Source of the DNA: Achromobacter spanius
GTDB taxonomy: Bacteria > Pseudomonadota > Gammaproteobacteria > Burkholderiales > Burkholderiaceae_B
DNA: 64,000 nt
Assembly (NCBI RefSeq): GCF_003994415.1
Contig: NZ_CP034689.1
Location: forward strand, 5,733,280 to 5,797,279
Reading direction: 5' to 3'
In this document: piece by piece, positions 19,302 through 31,258 of the stretch
Position numbering within the stretch: position 1 is the first letter of the stretch
Layout: every line of letters starts with the position of its first letter
The notes under the pieces: generated by a model
Told to the model about the DNA's origin: nothing
Database searches by the model: none
Seen by the model: the letters and a program-made list of their open reading frames with translations, nothing else
Made by a program: the position numbers and the translations under genes

Positions 19302-20711
19302 ATGTCACAACCGCATGAATTGTCCGCCCAGGAACTGCTGCAGGCGTATCGCGACAAGACCCTGTCGCCGGTCGAAGCCACGCGCTCCGTGCTCGAACAC
19401 ATCGAGCGCTGGGAACCGCACCTGAAGGCCACCTATGCGCTGGACCCCGACGGCGCGCTGGAGATGGCCCGCGCCTCGGAGGCCCGCTGGATGAAGGGCG
19501 AGCCGCAATCGGCCGGCGGCTATTCGCTGGACGGCGTGCCCGCCACCATCAAGGAAAACATCGCCACGCGCGGCACGCCCGTGCCCCTGGGCACCGCCGC
19601 CACCGAGCTGACCCCGGCGGCTGCCGACGCGCCGCCCGCCGCCCGCATGCGTGAAGCGGGCGCGGTGCTGCTGGGCAAGACCACCATGCCCGACTTCGGC
19701 ATGCTGTCCTCGGGCCTGTCCAGCTTTCATGAGCTGACCCGCAACCCCTGGGACCTGACGAAGAACCCGGGCGGCTCCAGCGCCGGCGCGGGCGCGGCGG
19801 CCGCGGCGGGCTATGGCCCCTTGCACATCGGCACCGACATCGGCGGTTCGGTGCGCCTGCCGGCCGCCTGGTGCGGCATTGCCACGCTGAAACCCAGCCT
19901 GGGCCGCATCCCTATCGACCCGCCCTTCATGGGCCGTTGCGCCGGCCCCATGACGCGCACCATCACCGACGCCGCGCTGATGATGGGCGTGCTGTCGCAG
20001 CCCGACGCGCGCGACCACATGAGCCTGCCCTTCCAGGACTTTGACTGGCTCAACCTGGCGCAAGACGTCAAGGGCCTGCGCATCGGCCTGCTGATGGACG
20101 CCGGCTGCGGCCTGCCGCTGGACCCGGAAGTACGCGACGCCGTGCAAGCCGCCGCGCAAGCCTTCGAGGCGGCGGGCGCCATCGTCACGCCCATGCTGCC
20201 TTGGATGACGCCCGACATGCTGGAAGGCGTGGACCGCTTCTGGCGCACGCGATCGTCCATAGACCTGGCCGCGCTACCTGAAGCCCGCCGCGCCAAGATC
20301 CTGCCGTTCATCCGCGCCTGGGCGGAAAGCGGTGGCGGGCAGACCGGCGAAGCCGTGTTCAAGAGCTACTACGAAACGCTGAACGTGCGCGCCAAGACCG
20401 TGGCCGCCTGCGCGCCTTTCGACTACGTGCTGTCGCCCGTGGCGCCGGTGGTGGCATACAACGCCGAATGGCCGTCGCCCACCAATGAGGTGGCCACCAC
20501 CATGCACCACATCGGCTTCACGCTGCCCTTCAACATGAGCGAACAGCCCGCCGCGTCCGTCAATTGCGGCTACACCCGAGCGGGCCTGCCAATTGGCCTG
20601 CAAATTGCCGGGGCGCGCTTTGACGACCTGGGCGTGTTGCGCGTGGCACGCGCGTGGGAACAGATGCGCCCCGCGCAGCAGCCGTGGCCGCAGCCCCCCA
20701 AGACGAACTGA
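19302..20711 (+). CDS. Amidase (amidase-signature family, GatA-like).
   Basis: 469 aa carrying the AS-family motif GGSSAGAGAAAAAGYGPLHIGTDIGGSVRLPAAWCGI. Confidence 0.88.
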   Translation: MSQPHELSAQELLQAYRDKTLSPVEATRSVLEHIERWEPHLKATYALDPDGALEMARASEARWMKGEPQSAGGYSLDGVPATIKENIATRGTPVPLGTAATELTPAAADAPPAARMREAGAVLLGKTTMPDFGMLSSGLSSFHELTRNPWDLTKNPGGSSAGAGAAAAAGYGPLHIGTDIGGSVRLPAAWCGIATLKPSLGRIPIDPPFMGRCAGPMTRTITDAALMMGVLSQPDARDHMSLPFQDFDWLNLAQDVKGLRIGLLMDAGCGLPLDPEVRDAVQAAAQAFEAAGAIVTPMLPWMTPDMLEGVDRFWRTRSSIDLAALPEARRAKILPFIRAWAESGGGQTGEAVFKSYYETLNVRAKTVAACAPFDYVLSPVAPVVAYNAEWPSPTNEVATTMHHIGFTLPFNMSEQPAASVNCGYTRAGLPIGLQIAGARFDDLGVLRVARAWEQMRPAQQPWPQPPKTN

Positions 20712-20741
20712 GCTTCCCCTACCCTTTCCACAGGAATTCCC

Positions 20742-22217
20742 ATGCGTTGGCTCTTGGCAATGATCAAGCACGAGACGAATACCTATTCGCCCGTGCCGAC
20801 CCCGCTGGAACGCTTTTTCCGCGGCAGTCCTGAAATCCTGGCTGGCGAACGCGCCATCAAGGCCTACGAAAACACCGACAGCGGGTTGGGCGGGTATATC
20901 GAAGTGGCCCGCCGCGAGGGCGCGGAAATCGTGGTGCCGGTGGCCGCCGAGTCCTGGCCCAGCGGCCCCACCAGCGCCGACACCCACGAACGCCTGTGCA
21001 AGCTGGTGCTGGACCAGGTCAAGCTGGGCGGCTTTGACGCCATCTTGCTGGACCTGCACGGCGCCATGGTCGCCGAAGGCGTGGAAGACGCGGAAGGCGA
21101 TCTGCTGCGCCGCCTGCGTGAAATCGACCCGACCACGCCCGTGGCGGTCACGCTGGACATGCACGCCAACATCTACGACGACATCGTCAACAACGCCACC
21201 GTCATCAGCGGCTTTCACACCTATCCGCACGTGGACATCCGCGACGCCGGCGTGCGCGCGGCCAACGTCATCGTCCGCGCGCTCAAGGGTGAAATCAAAC
21301 CCGTCATGAGCTGGGCCAACAAGCCCATGCTGCCGCACATCATGTGCCAGGGCACGCACGCCGCGCCCAATAAGCCCTTGCAGGAGCGCTGCAAGGAACT
21401 GGAAGCGGGCGGCGTGCTGGCGGCGTCGGTCTTCGTGGGCTTTCCGCACGCGGACATCCGCGAAGCCGGCTTGAGCGCCGTCGTCTGTACCGACGGCAAC
21501 CTGGCCGAGGCTGAGAAACACCGCGACGAACTGCTGGAACGCGCCTGGACAGGCCGCGCCGACTGGGTGTTCCACCCCGAGCCGCTGGAACCCACCATCG
21601 CGCGCGCCAAGCAGATCGAACAAGGCCCCGTCGTGTTGCTGGACCACTTCGACAACACCGGCTCGGGCGGCACCATGGACACCACCGCCGTGCTGGCCGA
21701 AGTGCTGCGTCAGGAACTGGACAACGTGGTGTTCTACGCCATCTGCGACCCGGACGCGGCGAACGAAGCCGCCGCCGCGGGCGTGGGCAAGACCATCACG
21801 ATCAAGCTGGGCGGCAAGCTGGCCATGCCCGCCATCAAGCAGCCGAGCGAACCGCTGGAAGTGACGGGCCGCGTCAAGCTGGTGTTTGACGGCGTCTACC
21901 TGAACCGAGGCCCCATGTACCGGGGCGTGCGCAACGACACGGGCCTGACCGTCGTCATCGACACCGGTCGGGTCGAGATCGTGGTGGTGTCGCGTCACCA
22001 GGAACCCTTTGACATCAACTGCCTGCTGTCGGCCGGCATCGACCCGCTGCAAAAGCGCTATGTCGTATTGAAAAGCCGGGTGCACTGGCGCGCGGGTTTT
22101 TCCGACATGGCGACAGAAGTCATCGAATGCACCGGGGTGGGCGTGACCACATCCGATTACAGCCAGCTTGAATTCAAGAACGTGCGCCGCCCGATCTACC
22201 CCTTGGACCCGCTGTAA
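20742..22217 (+). CDS. M81 family metallopeptidase (MlrC-like), second paralog.
   Basis: Contains MIKHETNTYSP, ILLDLHGAMVAEG and TLDMHANIYD. It is about 30% identical to the 12496-14004 protein, and its start is 30 nt after the amidase stop. Confidence 0.78.
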   Translation: MRWLLAMIKHETNTYSPVPTPLERFFRGSPEILAGERAIKAYENTDSGLGGYIEVARREGAEIVVPVAAESWPSGPTSADTHERLCKLVLDQVKLGGFDAILLDLHGAMVAEGVEDAEGDLLRRLREIDPTTPVAVTLDMHANIYDDIVNNATVISGFHTYPHVDIRDAGVRAANVIVRALKGEIKPVMSWANKPMLPHIMCQGTHAAPNKPLQERCKELEAGGVLAASVFVGFPHADIREAGLSAVVCTDGNLAEAEKHRDELLERAWTGRADWVFHPEPLEPTIARAKQIEQGPVVLLDHFDNTGSGGTMDTTAVLAEVLRQELDNVVFYAICDPDAANEAAAAGVGKTITIKLGGKLAMPAIKQPSEPLEVTGRVKLVFDGVYLNRGPMYRGVRNDTGLTVVIDTGRVEIVVVSRHQEPFDINCLLSAGIDPLQKRYVVLKSRVHWRAGFSDMATEVIECTGVGVTTSDYSQLEFKNVRRPIYPLDPL

Positions 22218-22266
22218 ATCACGCTAAAAACAACTGAACCCACGCGATAACCGCGGAATTGTCGAC

Positions 22267-22301
22267 AAAAAGGCCAGCGTTGATCGCTGGCCTTTCATTT
22301 T
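22267..22301 (+). terminator. Rho-independent terminator at the end of the MlrC-ABC-amidase-MlrC operon.
   Basis: The hairpin aaaaggccagcg-ttgat-cgctggcc is followed by tttcatttt. Confidence 0.7.
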
Positions 22302-22480
22302 GAAACCTCCCGTAACTGTGCGCACGGTCATGTGTCCCTTCGCGTCGGTATACTCCGCCGCGGGCCCTTACAGGCCGATGAATACGTATACGCCGGCAGC
22401 CGCGCGTGGGTAACCACGGCGCGATGGCTCAGTGCCTTGCCTGCCGGGTATGACTCGACAATCAACGAAGAAGCAAAACG

Positions 22481-24442
22481 ATGAAAAAGAGCGTAGCGAT
22501 CACCCTCGGCGTGGTCATAGTGGGAGCGGGAAGCTGGATAGGCGCCACTTGGTATACCGGCAAACGCATTGAGGAAAGCTCGCAACGCCATCTGGCCGAA
22601 GCCAACGAAAAGCTGGCCAAGCTGACGCCGTTGTTCGGTCTGCGCATTGACCAGATCAAGTACGAACGCAGCCTGTTCTCGACCCAGGCGCGCTACGGCC
22701 TGTCGCTGGTGAAGAACGACAAGAGCCTGGACGACATGCCCGCCGGCATGATTGAGTTCGACGCGGTCATTGAACACGGCCCCTTCCCCAAGACCGCCCT
22801 GTCGCGCGGCGCCCTGGCGCCCAAGCTGGCTTTCGTGCACGCTGAAATCGCCAAGACGGACAACCTGAAGGAAGTGTTCGCCCTGACCAAGGACGTCTCG
22901 CCCCTGGTCAGCGACGCCATGATCAGCTATGGCGGCACCACCAGCTCCACATCGAAGATTGCGCCGGTGTCGACGGCCGTGGACGGCAATTCGATCGACT
23001 TCAGCGGCATGCTGATCACCGGCACGTTCGACCGTTCGCTGGAAGCCGTCACCGCGCACGGCGTGATGGACAAGCTGGCCATCGACGGCACGAAGAGCAA
23101 CGACCCGGTCGTCATGGCCATCACCGGCATGACGATGGACGTCAACAGCCGCATGGGCAAGTTCGGCGTGTCCATGGGCGACTCCGATCTGAAGATCAAG
23201 CGCGTCGACGTCACCCGCCCGGGCGACGACGTCAAGCTGTCGCTGGACAACTTCGGCTATGGCGTGAAGCTGTCCGAAGACGACAAGGCCATCAACGTTC
23301 AAGCCACCTATCAAACGGGCGACATGACCGTGAACGACGTGGCGTTGGGCAACGGCCAGGCCGTGATCAAGCTGGCCAAACTGGACGGCCAGGCCGTCAA
23401 GCAACTGTCCGACACCTACAACCAGATGCTGCGCCAACTCATGGGGCATGCTGAAGACGAAGGCCTGAAGGACGAGCAGGTCCAGACCATGCTGGACGCC
23501 GCCGGCAAGCTGTTGGCGGGTAACCCGTCGTTCAGCATCGACCCCATCAGCTGGAAAACCGCCAAGGGCGAAAGCAAGCTGAACTTCACGCTGGACCTGG
23601 CCAACCCGCCCGACGTGAAGAACCTGACGCCGCAAGAGATCGCCGTCCAGGCCATCAAGCGCATCGACGCCACGCTCATCATCTCCAAGCCCATGGTGCA
23701 GGACCTGGCGACGCAGTACGCGATCAAGAAAGAGGGCCTGACGCCCGAGAAGGCAGCCGAAGGCGCGGCGGAAAGCGTGCGCCAGATGTCCGGCATGGCC
23801 GAGATGCTCAACGTGGGCAAGAACGACGGCGACAACATCGTCGGCAAGTTCACCTTCGCTGACGGCATGGGCAACTTGAACGGCAAGGAAATTCCCGCCG
23901 AAGAACTGTTCAGCGGCCTGCTGGGTGCAACCGGCATGGGCGGCGGCATGGACGACTTTGACGACGAACCGATGCCGGACATGGGCCAGGAAGAACCTGC
24001 CGCGGATGCGACGCCCGCCGTCGGCGTGATGCAGGATTTCAGCCTGGACACGGTCAGCAGCCTGCTGGACGACATGGGCATCACCGCCAACAAGCTGGAT
24101 GGCGACGAAGGCCCCGTGCTGTTGCTGGATGCCGGCAACACCGGCGCCAGCGAGCTGCGCCTGGAATTCCTGTGCAACGACTTCACCGAAAAGTGCCTGG
24201 ACCTGGTCATGACGGCCACGTACCAGACCAAGAAGCCGATGCCGCTGAAGGCCATCAATAGCTGGAACCAGGAATACCGCTGGACGCGCGCCTATCTGGA
24301 CGACAAGAACCAGGCCGTGCTGCAGATGGACATGAACGCGGAAGGCGGCATCGGCAAGGACAACCTGCAGATCCTGCTGAATACCTTCATCAGCATCGCC
24401 GAAGACTTCAACACGGCGGCGCAGGCAGCGCCGGCCAAGTAA
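22481..24442 (+). CDS. DUF945 (YdgA-like) family protein with a C-terminal YbjN-like domain (putative sensory-transduction/T3SS-chaperone-like fold). The N-terminus is a signal peptide or membrane anchor.
   Basis: The N-terminus MKKSVAITLGVVIVGAGSWIGATWYTGKRIEE matches the YdgA/DUF945 start. The last roughly 150 aa (LLDDMGITANKLDGDEGPVLLLDAGNTGASELRLEFLCNDFTEKC...ILLNTF) resemble YbjN-family proteins. 653 aa. Confidence 0.6.
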   Translation: MKKSVAITLGVVIVGAGSWIGATWYTGKRIEESSQRHLAEANEKLAKLTPLFGLRIDQIKYERSLFSTQARYGLSLVKNDKSLDDMPAGMIEFDAVIEHGPFPKTALSRGALAPKLAFVHAEIAKTDNLKEVFALTKDVSPLVSDAMISYGGTTSSTSKIAPVSTAVDGNSIDFSGMLITGTFDRSLEAVTAHGVMDKLAIDGTKSNDPVVMAITGMTMDVNSRMGKFGVSMGDSDLKIKRVDVTRPGDDVKLSLDNFGYGVKLSEDDKAINVQATYQTGDMTVNDVALGNGQAVIKLAKLDGQAVKQLSDTYNQMLRQLMGHAEDEGLKDEQVQTMLDAAGKLLAGNPSFSIDPISWKTAKGESKLNFTLDLANPPDVKNLTPQEIAVQAIKRIDATLIISKPMVQDLATQYAIKKEGLTPEKAAEGAAESVRQMSGMAEMLNVGKNDGDNIVGKFTFADGMGNLNGKEIPAEELFSGLLGATGMGGGMDDFDDEPMPDMGQEEPAADATPAVGVMQDFSLDTVSSLLDDMGITANKLDGDEGPVLLLDAGNTGASELRLEFLCNDFTEKCLDLVMTATYQTKKPMPLKAINSWNQEYRWTRAYLDDKNQAVLQMDMNAEGGIGKDNLQILLNTFISIAEDFNTAAQAAPAK

Positions 24443-24472
24443 GCCTGATAGCCATCAGGGCAAACGCCCAGC

Positions 24473-24506
24473 AAAAAGCCTCCATCTTGCGATGGAGGCT
24501 TTTTTA
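24473..24506. terminator. Bidirectional rho-independent terminator shared by the DUF945 gene (+) and gcvP (-).
   Basis: aaaaagcctccatc-ttgc-gatggaggctttttt is a perfect 10-bp stem flanked by an A-run and a T-run. Confidence 0.85.
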
Positions 24507-24539
24507 TCGCCGGGCGCCAAGCACCCGGCTCGCCATGCG

Positions 24540-27413
<2,874 letters not shown>

Positions 27414-27444
27414 GGAGAGATCTCGGGGTGGTGGTGCATTTCGC

Positions 27445-27480
27445 GAGCCGGGCGCGCCACGAGGACGGCGCGCCCGGCTC
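27445..27480 (-). promoter_or_regulatory. Stable GC hairpin with a 14-bp stem in the gcvH-gcvP intercistronic region. Possibly an mRNA stabiliser or attenuator.
   Basis: gagccgggcgcgcc-acgaggac-ggcgcgcccggctc is seen directly in the sequence. Confidence 0.5.
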
Positions 27481-27488
27481 GAACCGGC

Positions 27489-27866
27489 TTAACCGTTGGC
27501 GACGGCTTCGTAGCCGGCGGCGTCCAGCAGCTTGTCGGCGTCGGCGGCGTTGACCGGCTTGATCTTGAAGATCCAGGTGGTGAAGGCCGATTCGTTGATC
27601 AGGCTGGGGTTGTTTTCCAGTTCGTCGTTGAAAGCGACGATTTCACCGTCGACCGGGGCGTAGATGTCGGAAGCGGCCTTGACCGACTCGACCACGCCGG
27701 CGGTTTCGCCCGCCTTCAGCTTGGCGCCGACATTCACGTCGCCAACGAAAACCAGGTCGCCCAATTGGTCCTGGGCGGTGTCGGTGATGCCGACGACGAA
27801 CACGTCGCCTTCAGCTTTGACCCATTCGTGGGACGGGGTGTACTTGCGATCGGTGGGCAGGCTCAT
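27489..27866 (-). CDS. gcvH: Glycine cleavage system H protein (lipoyl carrier).
   Basis: 125 aa. It reads MSLPTDRKYTPSHEWVKAEGD...GVVESVKAASDIYAPVDGEIV with the lipoyl-lysine motif. Confidence 0.95.
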   Translation of the reverse strand: MSLPTDRKYTPSHEWVKAEGDVFVVGITDTAQDQLGDLVFVGDVNVGAKLKAGETAGVVESVKAASDIYAPVDGEIVAFNDELENNPSLINESAFTTWIFKIKPVNAADADKLLDAAGYEAVANG

Positions 27867-27968
27867 GGGAAATCCTCTAGGGAATACGGGGTAGATGAAT
27901 GGTGTTGCGCGCCTCGCGCGAACGCCGCGTGCGTGAAGGCAGGCGGCCGGTCGCGCGAAGCTTCGAGT

Positions 27969-29069
27969 TTACGAGTGTTCGACGGCTTTGCCGTTACGAA
28001 CAAAAGGCAGCTTGCAGACCAGGGCGGGCACCCATTTGCCACGGATATCGACTTCGACCGTGTCGCCCGGACGCACACCTTGCGGCAGGCGGGCAAAGCC
28101 GATCGACACGCCCAGCGTGGGCGACATGGTGCCGCTGGTGAGCTCACCCGTGCCGGCGGGTGTGCGCACGGCCATGTGGGCGCGCATCACGCCGCGCTCT
28201 TGCAGCTTCAGGCCGACAAAGGCGGCGGGGGTGGCGAATTGTTCTAGCGCGTCGCGGCCGATGAAGCGGCGCTCGGCGTTCTTCAAGGACACGGTCCAGG
28301 TCAGGCCGGCCTGGTCGGGCTGGGTCAGCTCGTCCATGTCTTGGCCGTACAGGTTCATGCCGGCTTCCAGGCGCAGCGTGTCGCGCGCGCCCAGGCCCGC
28401 CGGGCGTACGCCCTGGGCGGCAAGGTCGCGCCACAGTTGCACGACGTCGGCGGCGGGCAGGACGATTTCAAAGCCGTCTTCGCCGGTGTAGCCGGTGCGC
28501 GCAACCAGCGTGTCGTCGCCCACGCGGGCGGCGACGAAGGGAGTCAGGGGTTCGGTAGCGGCCTGCCAGGCCGGGCGCGCGGCCCAGACCTTGGCGCGGG
28601 CGTTGGGGCCCTGCACGGCCACCATGGCCAGGTCGCAGCGCGGGGTGATGGCAACGTCAAAATTGCCGGCCTGCTTCACGCGCTGCATCCAGGCCACGTC
28701 TTTGTCGGCGGTGCCGGCGTTGACCACCACGCGCCATTCGTCGGCGGCGAAGAAATAGATGATCAGGTCGTCGATAACGCCGCCCTGCGGGTTCAGCATG
28801 CAGGAATACAGCGCCTTGCCGGGCACGGTCAGCTTGGCGACGTCATTGGCGACCAGGCGTTGCAGGAAGGCGAAGGCGTCCGGGCCAGCGACATCGACAT
28901 TCAGCATGTGCGACACGTCGAACATGCCGGCGTCCTGGCGCACCGCGTGGTGCTCTTCAAGCTGCGAGCCGTAGGCCAAGGGCATGTCCCAGCCGCCGAA
29001 GTCGACCATTCGGGCGCCGGAAGCGATGTGTTCGTCGGCCAGCGGGGTGCGTTTGAGGGTTGCGGACAT
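27969..29069 (-). CDS. gcvT: Aminomethyltransferase, glycine cleavage system T protein.
   Basis: 366 aa. It reads [55 protein letters not shown], which is GcvT. Confidence 0.95.
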   Translation of the reverse strand: MSATLKRTPLADEHIASGARMVDFGGWDMPLAYGSQLEEHHAVRQDAGMFDVSHMLNVDVAGPDAFAFLQRLVANDVAKLTVPGKALYSCMLNPQGGVIDDLIIYFFAADEWRVVVNAGTADKDVAWMQRVKQAGNFDVAITPRCDLAMVAVQGPNARAKVWAARPAWQAATEPLTPFVAARVGDDTLVARTGYTGEDGFEIVLPAADVVQLWRDLAAQGVRPAGLGARDTLRLEAGMNLYGQDMDELTQPDQAGLTWTVSLKNAERRFIGRDALEQFATPAAFVGLKLQERGVMRAHMAVRTPAGTGELTSGTMSPTLGVSIGFARLPQGVRPGDTVEVDIRGKWVPALVCKLPFVRNGKAVEHS

Positions 29070-29166
29070 GCGCGAGAACTCCGGGACGGCAATGCTTTGC
29101 CAGGGTTACGGAATGCCGGTCGTGACAAGGCTGGTTGCGCTTGCACGGCATCGGCTGAATATTCCG

Positions 29167-29410
29167 CCCCTCTGTCCTTTTGCCTGAGAGTTGCCCCGCG
29201 CGTGGCGGGTTTGCACCTTCGGCGCCTGGGCTGCTCGCTGTGTCCCGAATTCGGGGCGGCGCCAGGTCTCTCCAGAGTACTGTTTTGCCTCATCCACACG
29301 GTAAAAACCGGGACGGGGCAAGCATGTGCGGTATCGGTTACCTGAGCGATTCTGGGCGAATTGCGCCTTCGGCGGCGGCCCACTGAAACGGCCGCTCTCT
29401 CCCGCAAACA
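29167..29410 (-). ncRNA. Tandem glycine riboswitch (two aptamers) in the gcvT 5' leader.
   Basis: The minus strand carries aptamer 1 (GGGAGAG...GCCGCCGAAGGCGCAA...CTCAGG) and aptamer 2 (CTCTGGAGAG...GCGCCGAAGGTGCAAAC...CTCTCAGGCAAAAGGACAGAGG). These match the conserved cores of glycine riboswitches immediately upstream of gcvT. Confidence 0.85.
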
Positions 29411-29529
29411 TGCGTGACAGCGGCGCCAAGCATACAACGAAAACCAGCCCCGGAAAAGCGCGATTTTGGGGCTCGCCCCCTTGGCAAACCACTGCCGGGA
29501 AGCCGCGCTCGGCTTGACGCCAGCGGAGG

Positions 29530-30423
29530 CTATCCCAGCGCCGTGTCCAGCAACATCATCAGCACAAAGCCCAGCATCAGCCCGCAAGTGGCGTAGACCT
29601 CGTGCCCCTTGCGGTGCGATTCGGGAATGATTTCATGGCTGATGACAAACAGCATGGCGCCAGCCGCGAATCCCAGACCCCAGGGCAGCAGCATCGCCGA
29701 CCAGCCCACGATGGCGGCGCCCAGCACGGCGCCCAGCGGCTCGACCAGCCCCGACAACATCCCCAGCGCCACGGCGAAGGTTCGCGTGTAGCCGGCTGCC
29801 AGCAACGCCACCGCCACGACCAACCCTTCGGGAACGTCCTGGATGGCGATGCCGGTAGCCAGCGCGGTGCCGGCCACCGGATCGCCGCCCGCAAAGCCGA
29901 CCCCGATGGCCAGGCCTTCGGGCAGGTTATGCAGGGTGATGGCGATGACGAACAGCCAGGCCCGGCGAATGCGGCGCGACTCGATGCCTTCGCGCCCCTT
30001 GATGAAGTGTTCGTGCGGCAGCGTGCGGTCCATGATGAGCAGCACGGCGGCGCCCAACAGAATGGCCGCCCCCACCGTCAGCCCCGCGCCCCACGGGCCC
30101 ATGCCCTGGCTTTCGGCCGCCGCGATGCCCGGGGCCACCAGCGAAAACGCGCAGGCCGCCAGCATGACGCCAGCGCCGAAGCCGAACATGCTGTCCTGGA
30201 CCTTTTGCGGAATGGTGCGGGCGAACAGAATGGGCAAGGTGCCCAGCGCGGTGGCGGCGGCGGCCACCAGGCCGCCCAGCAAGGCGTCAGCTACGTGCGG
30301 CGCGCGCACATCCAGATAAGCCCACAACTGGTGCAAAGCCAGGCATGACACCAAGACCGCCAGCGTCCAGACACTGATGCTGGTGGCCGCGGGACGCACG
30401 CGATGACGACTGAAGGTGTTCAT
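29530..30423 (-). CDS. zupT: ZIP family zinc/divalent-metal transporter ZupT.
   Basis: Start at MNTFSRHR. It has glycine-rich transmembrane helices and the ZIP motif HNLPEGLAIGVGF and HEIPEx-like ISHEIIPES. Confidence 0.85.
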   Translation of the reverse strand: MNTFSRHRVRPAATSISVWTLAVLVSCLALHQLWAYLDVRAPHVADALLGGLVAAAATALGTLPILFARTIPQKVQDSMFGFGAGVMLAACAFSLVAPGIAAAESQGMGPWGAGLTVGAAILLGAAVLLIMDRTLPHEHFIKGREGIESRRIRRAWLFVIAITLHNLPEGLAIGVGFAGGDPVAGTALATGIAIQDVPEGLVVAVALLAAGYTRTFAVALGMLSGLVEPLGAVLGAAIVGWSAMLLPWGLGFAAGAMLFVISHEIIPESHRKGHEVYATCGLMLGFVLMMLLDTALG

Positions 30424-30452
30424 GGGGCGGCTGCCTCCGTCACAGAGCGGGC

Positions 30453-31067
30453 TTAGCCCTTCGCAGCCGCATAGCGGCGAGCCACTTCGGACCAATTCAC
30501 GACATTGTAAAAGGCGCCTATGTATTCAGGACGACGGTTTTGGTACTTGAGGTAATAGGCGTGTTCCCAGACGTCCAGACCCAGGATCGGGGTGTTGCCC
30601 TGCATCAGCGGGCTGTCCTGGTTGGCGCTGCTTTCCACCACCAGCTTGCCGGCGGGCGTGACCGAAAGCCAGGCCCAGCCGCTGCCAAAGCGGGTCAGGG
30701 CGGCTTTGGTGAAGGCCTCGCGGAAAGCAGCCATGCCGCCCAGTTCGGCATCGATGGCGGCGGCCAGCGCGCCATCAGGCTCACCGCCGCCTTCGGGCGA
30801 CATGACGGACCAGAACAAGCTGTGGTTGGCGTGCCCGCCGCCATGGTTGCGCACCGCGCCGCGTATGGCTTCGGGCAATTGGTCCAGGCGCGCGACCAGG
30901 GCTTCAACAGGCTCTTCCGTGCTGATGCCCGCGCTATCCAGCGCCGCATTCAGGCTGGTGACGTAGGTTTGATGATGCTTGCTGTAGTGGATCTCCATCG
31001 TCATCGCGTCGATGTGAGGCTCCAGGGCGTCATAGGCGTAGGGCAGCGTCGGAAGGGTATAGGGCAT
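30453..31067 (-). CDS. sodB: Superoxide dismutase (Fe/Mn family, probably Fe-SOD).
   Basis: It reads [36 protein letters not shown]...[28 protein letters not shown], a canonical Fe/Mn SOD. The start is at the internal Met of the longer ORF. Confidence 0.92.
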   Translation of the reverse strand: MPYTLPTLPYAYDALEPHIDAMTMEIHYSKHHQTYVTSLNAALDSAGISTEEPVEALVARLDQLPEAIRGAVRNHGGGHANHSLFWSVMSPEGGGEPDGALAAAIDAELGGMAAFREAFTKAALTRFGSGWAWLSVTPAGKLVVESSANQDSPLMQGNTPILGLDVWEHAYYLKYQNRRPEYIGAFYNVVNWSEVARRYAAAKG

Positions 31068-31258
31068 GCATGTCTCCGTGGGACAGGTGCCTTTGCATCG
31101 AAAGGCGCCAGTCGAAATCGAAAACATAAATGATATGTATTTTTATTTGATAAAACAATAACGACATTGTCATAAGTCGCGGAATGGTCCCGTCCTATGA
31201 TCCCGCAGTCCTAGGGCGCCCACCCCGGACGCTTTAACTTCGAGTATCCGCCGTAAAC

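Noticed and set aside
31128-31258. Possible Fur box in the AT-rich sodB/flotillin divergent promoter (tgataaaacaataacgacattgtcat).
   Set aside because: It is only a partial match to the GATAATGATAATCATTATC consensus. That is not strong enough to call without a position-weight-matrix scan.
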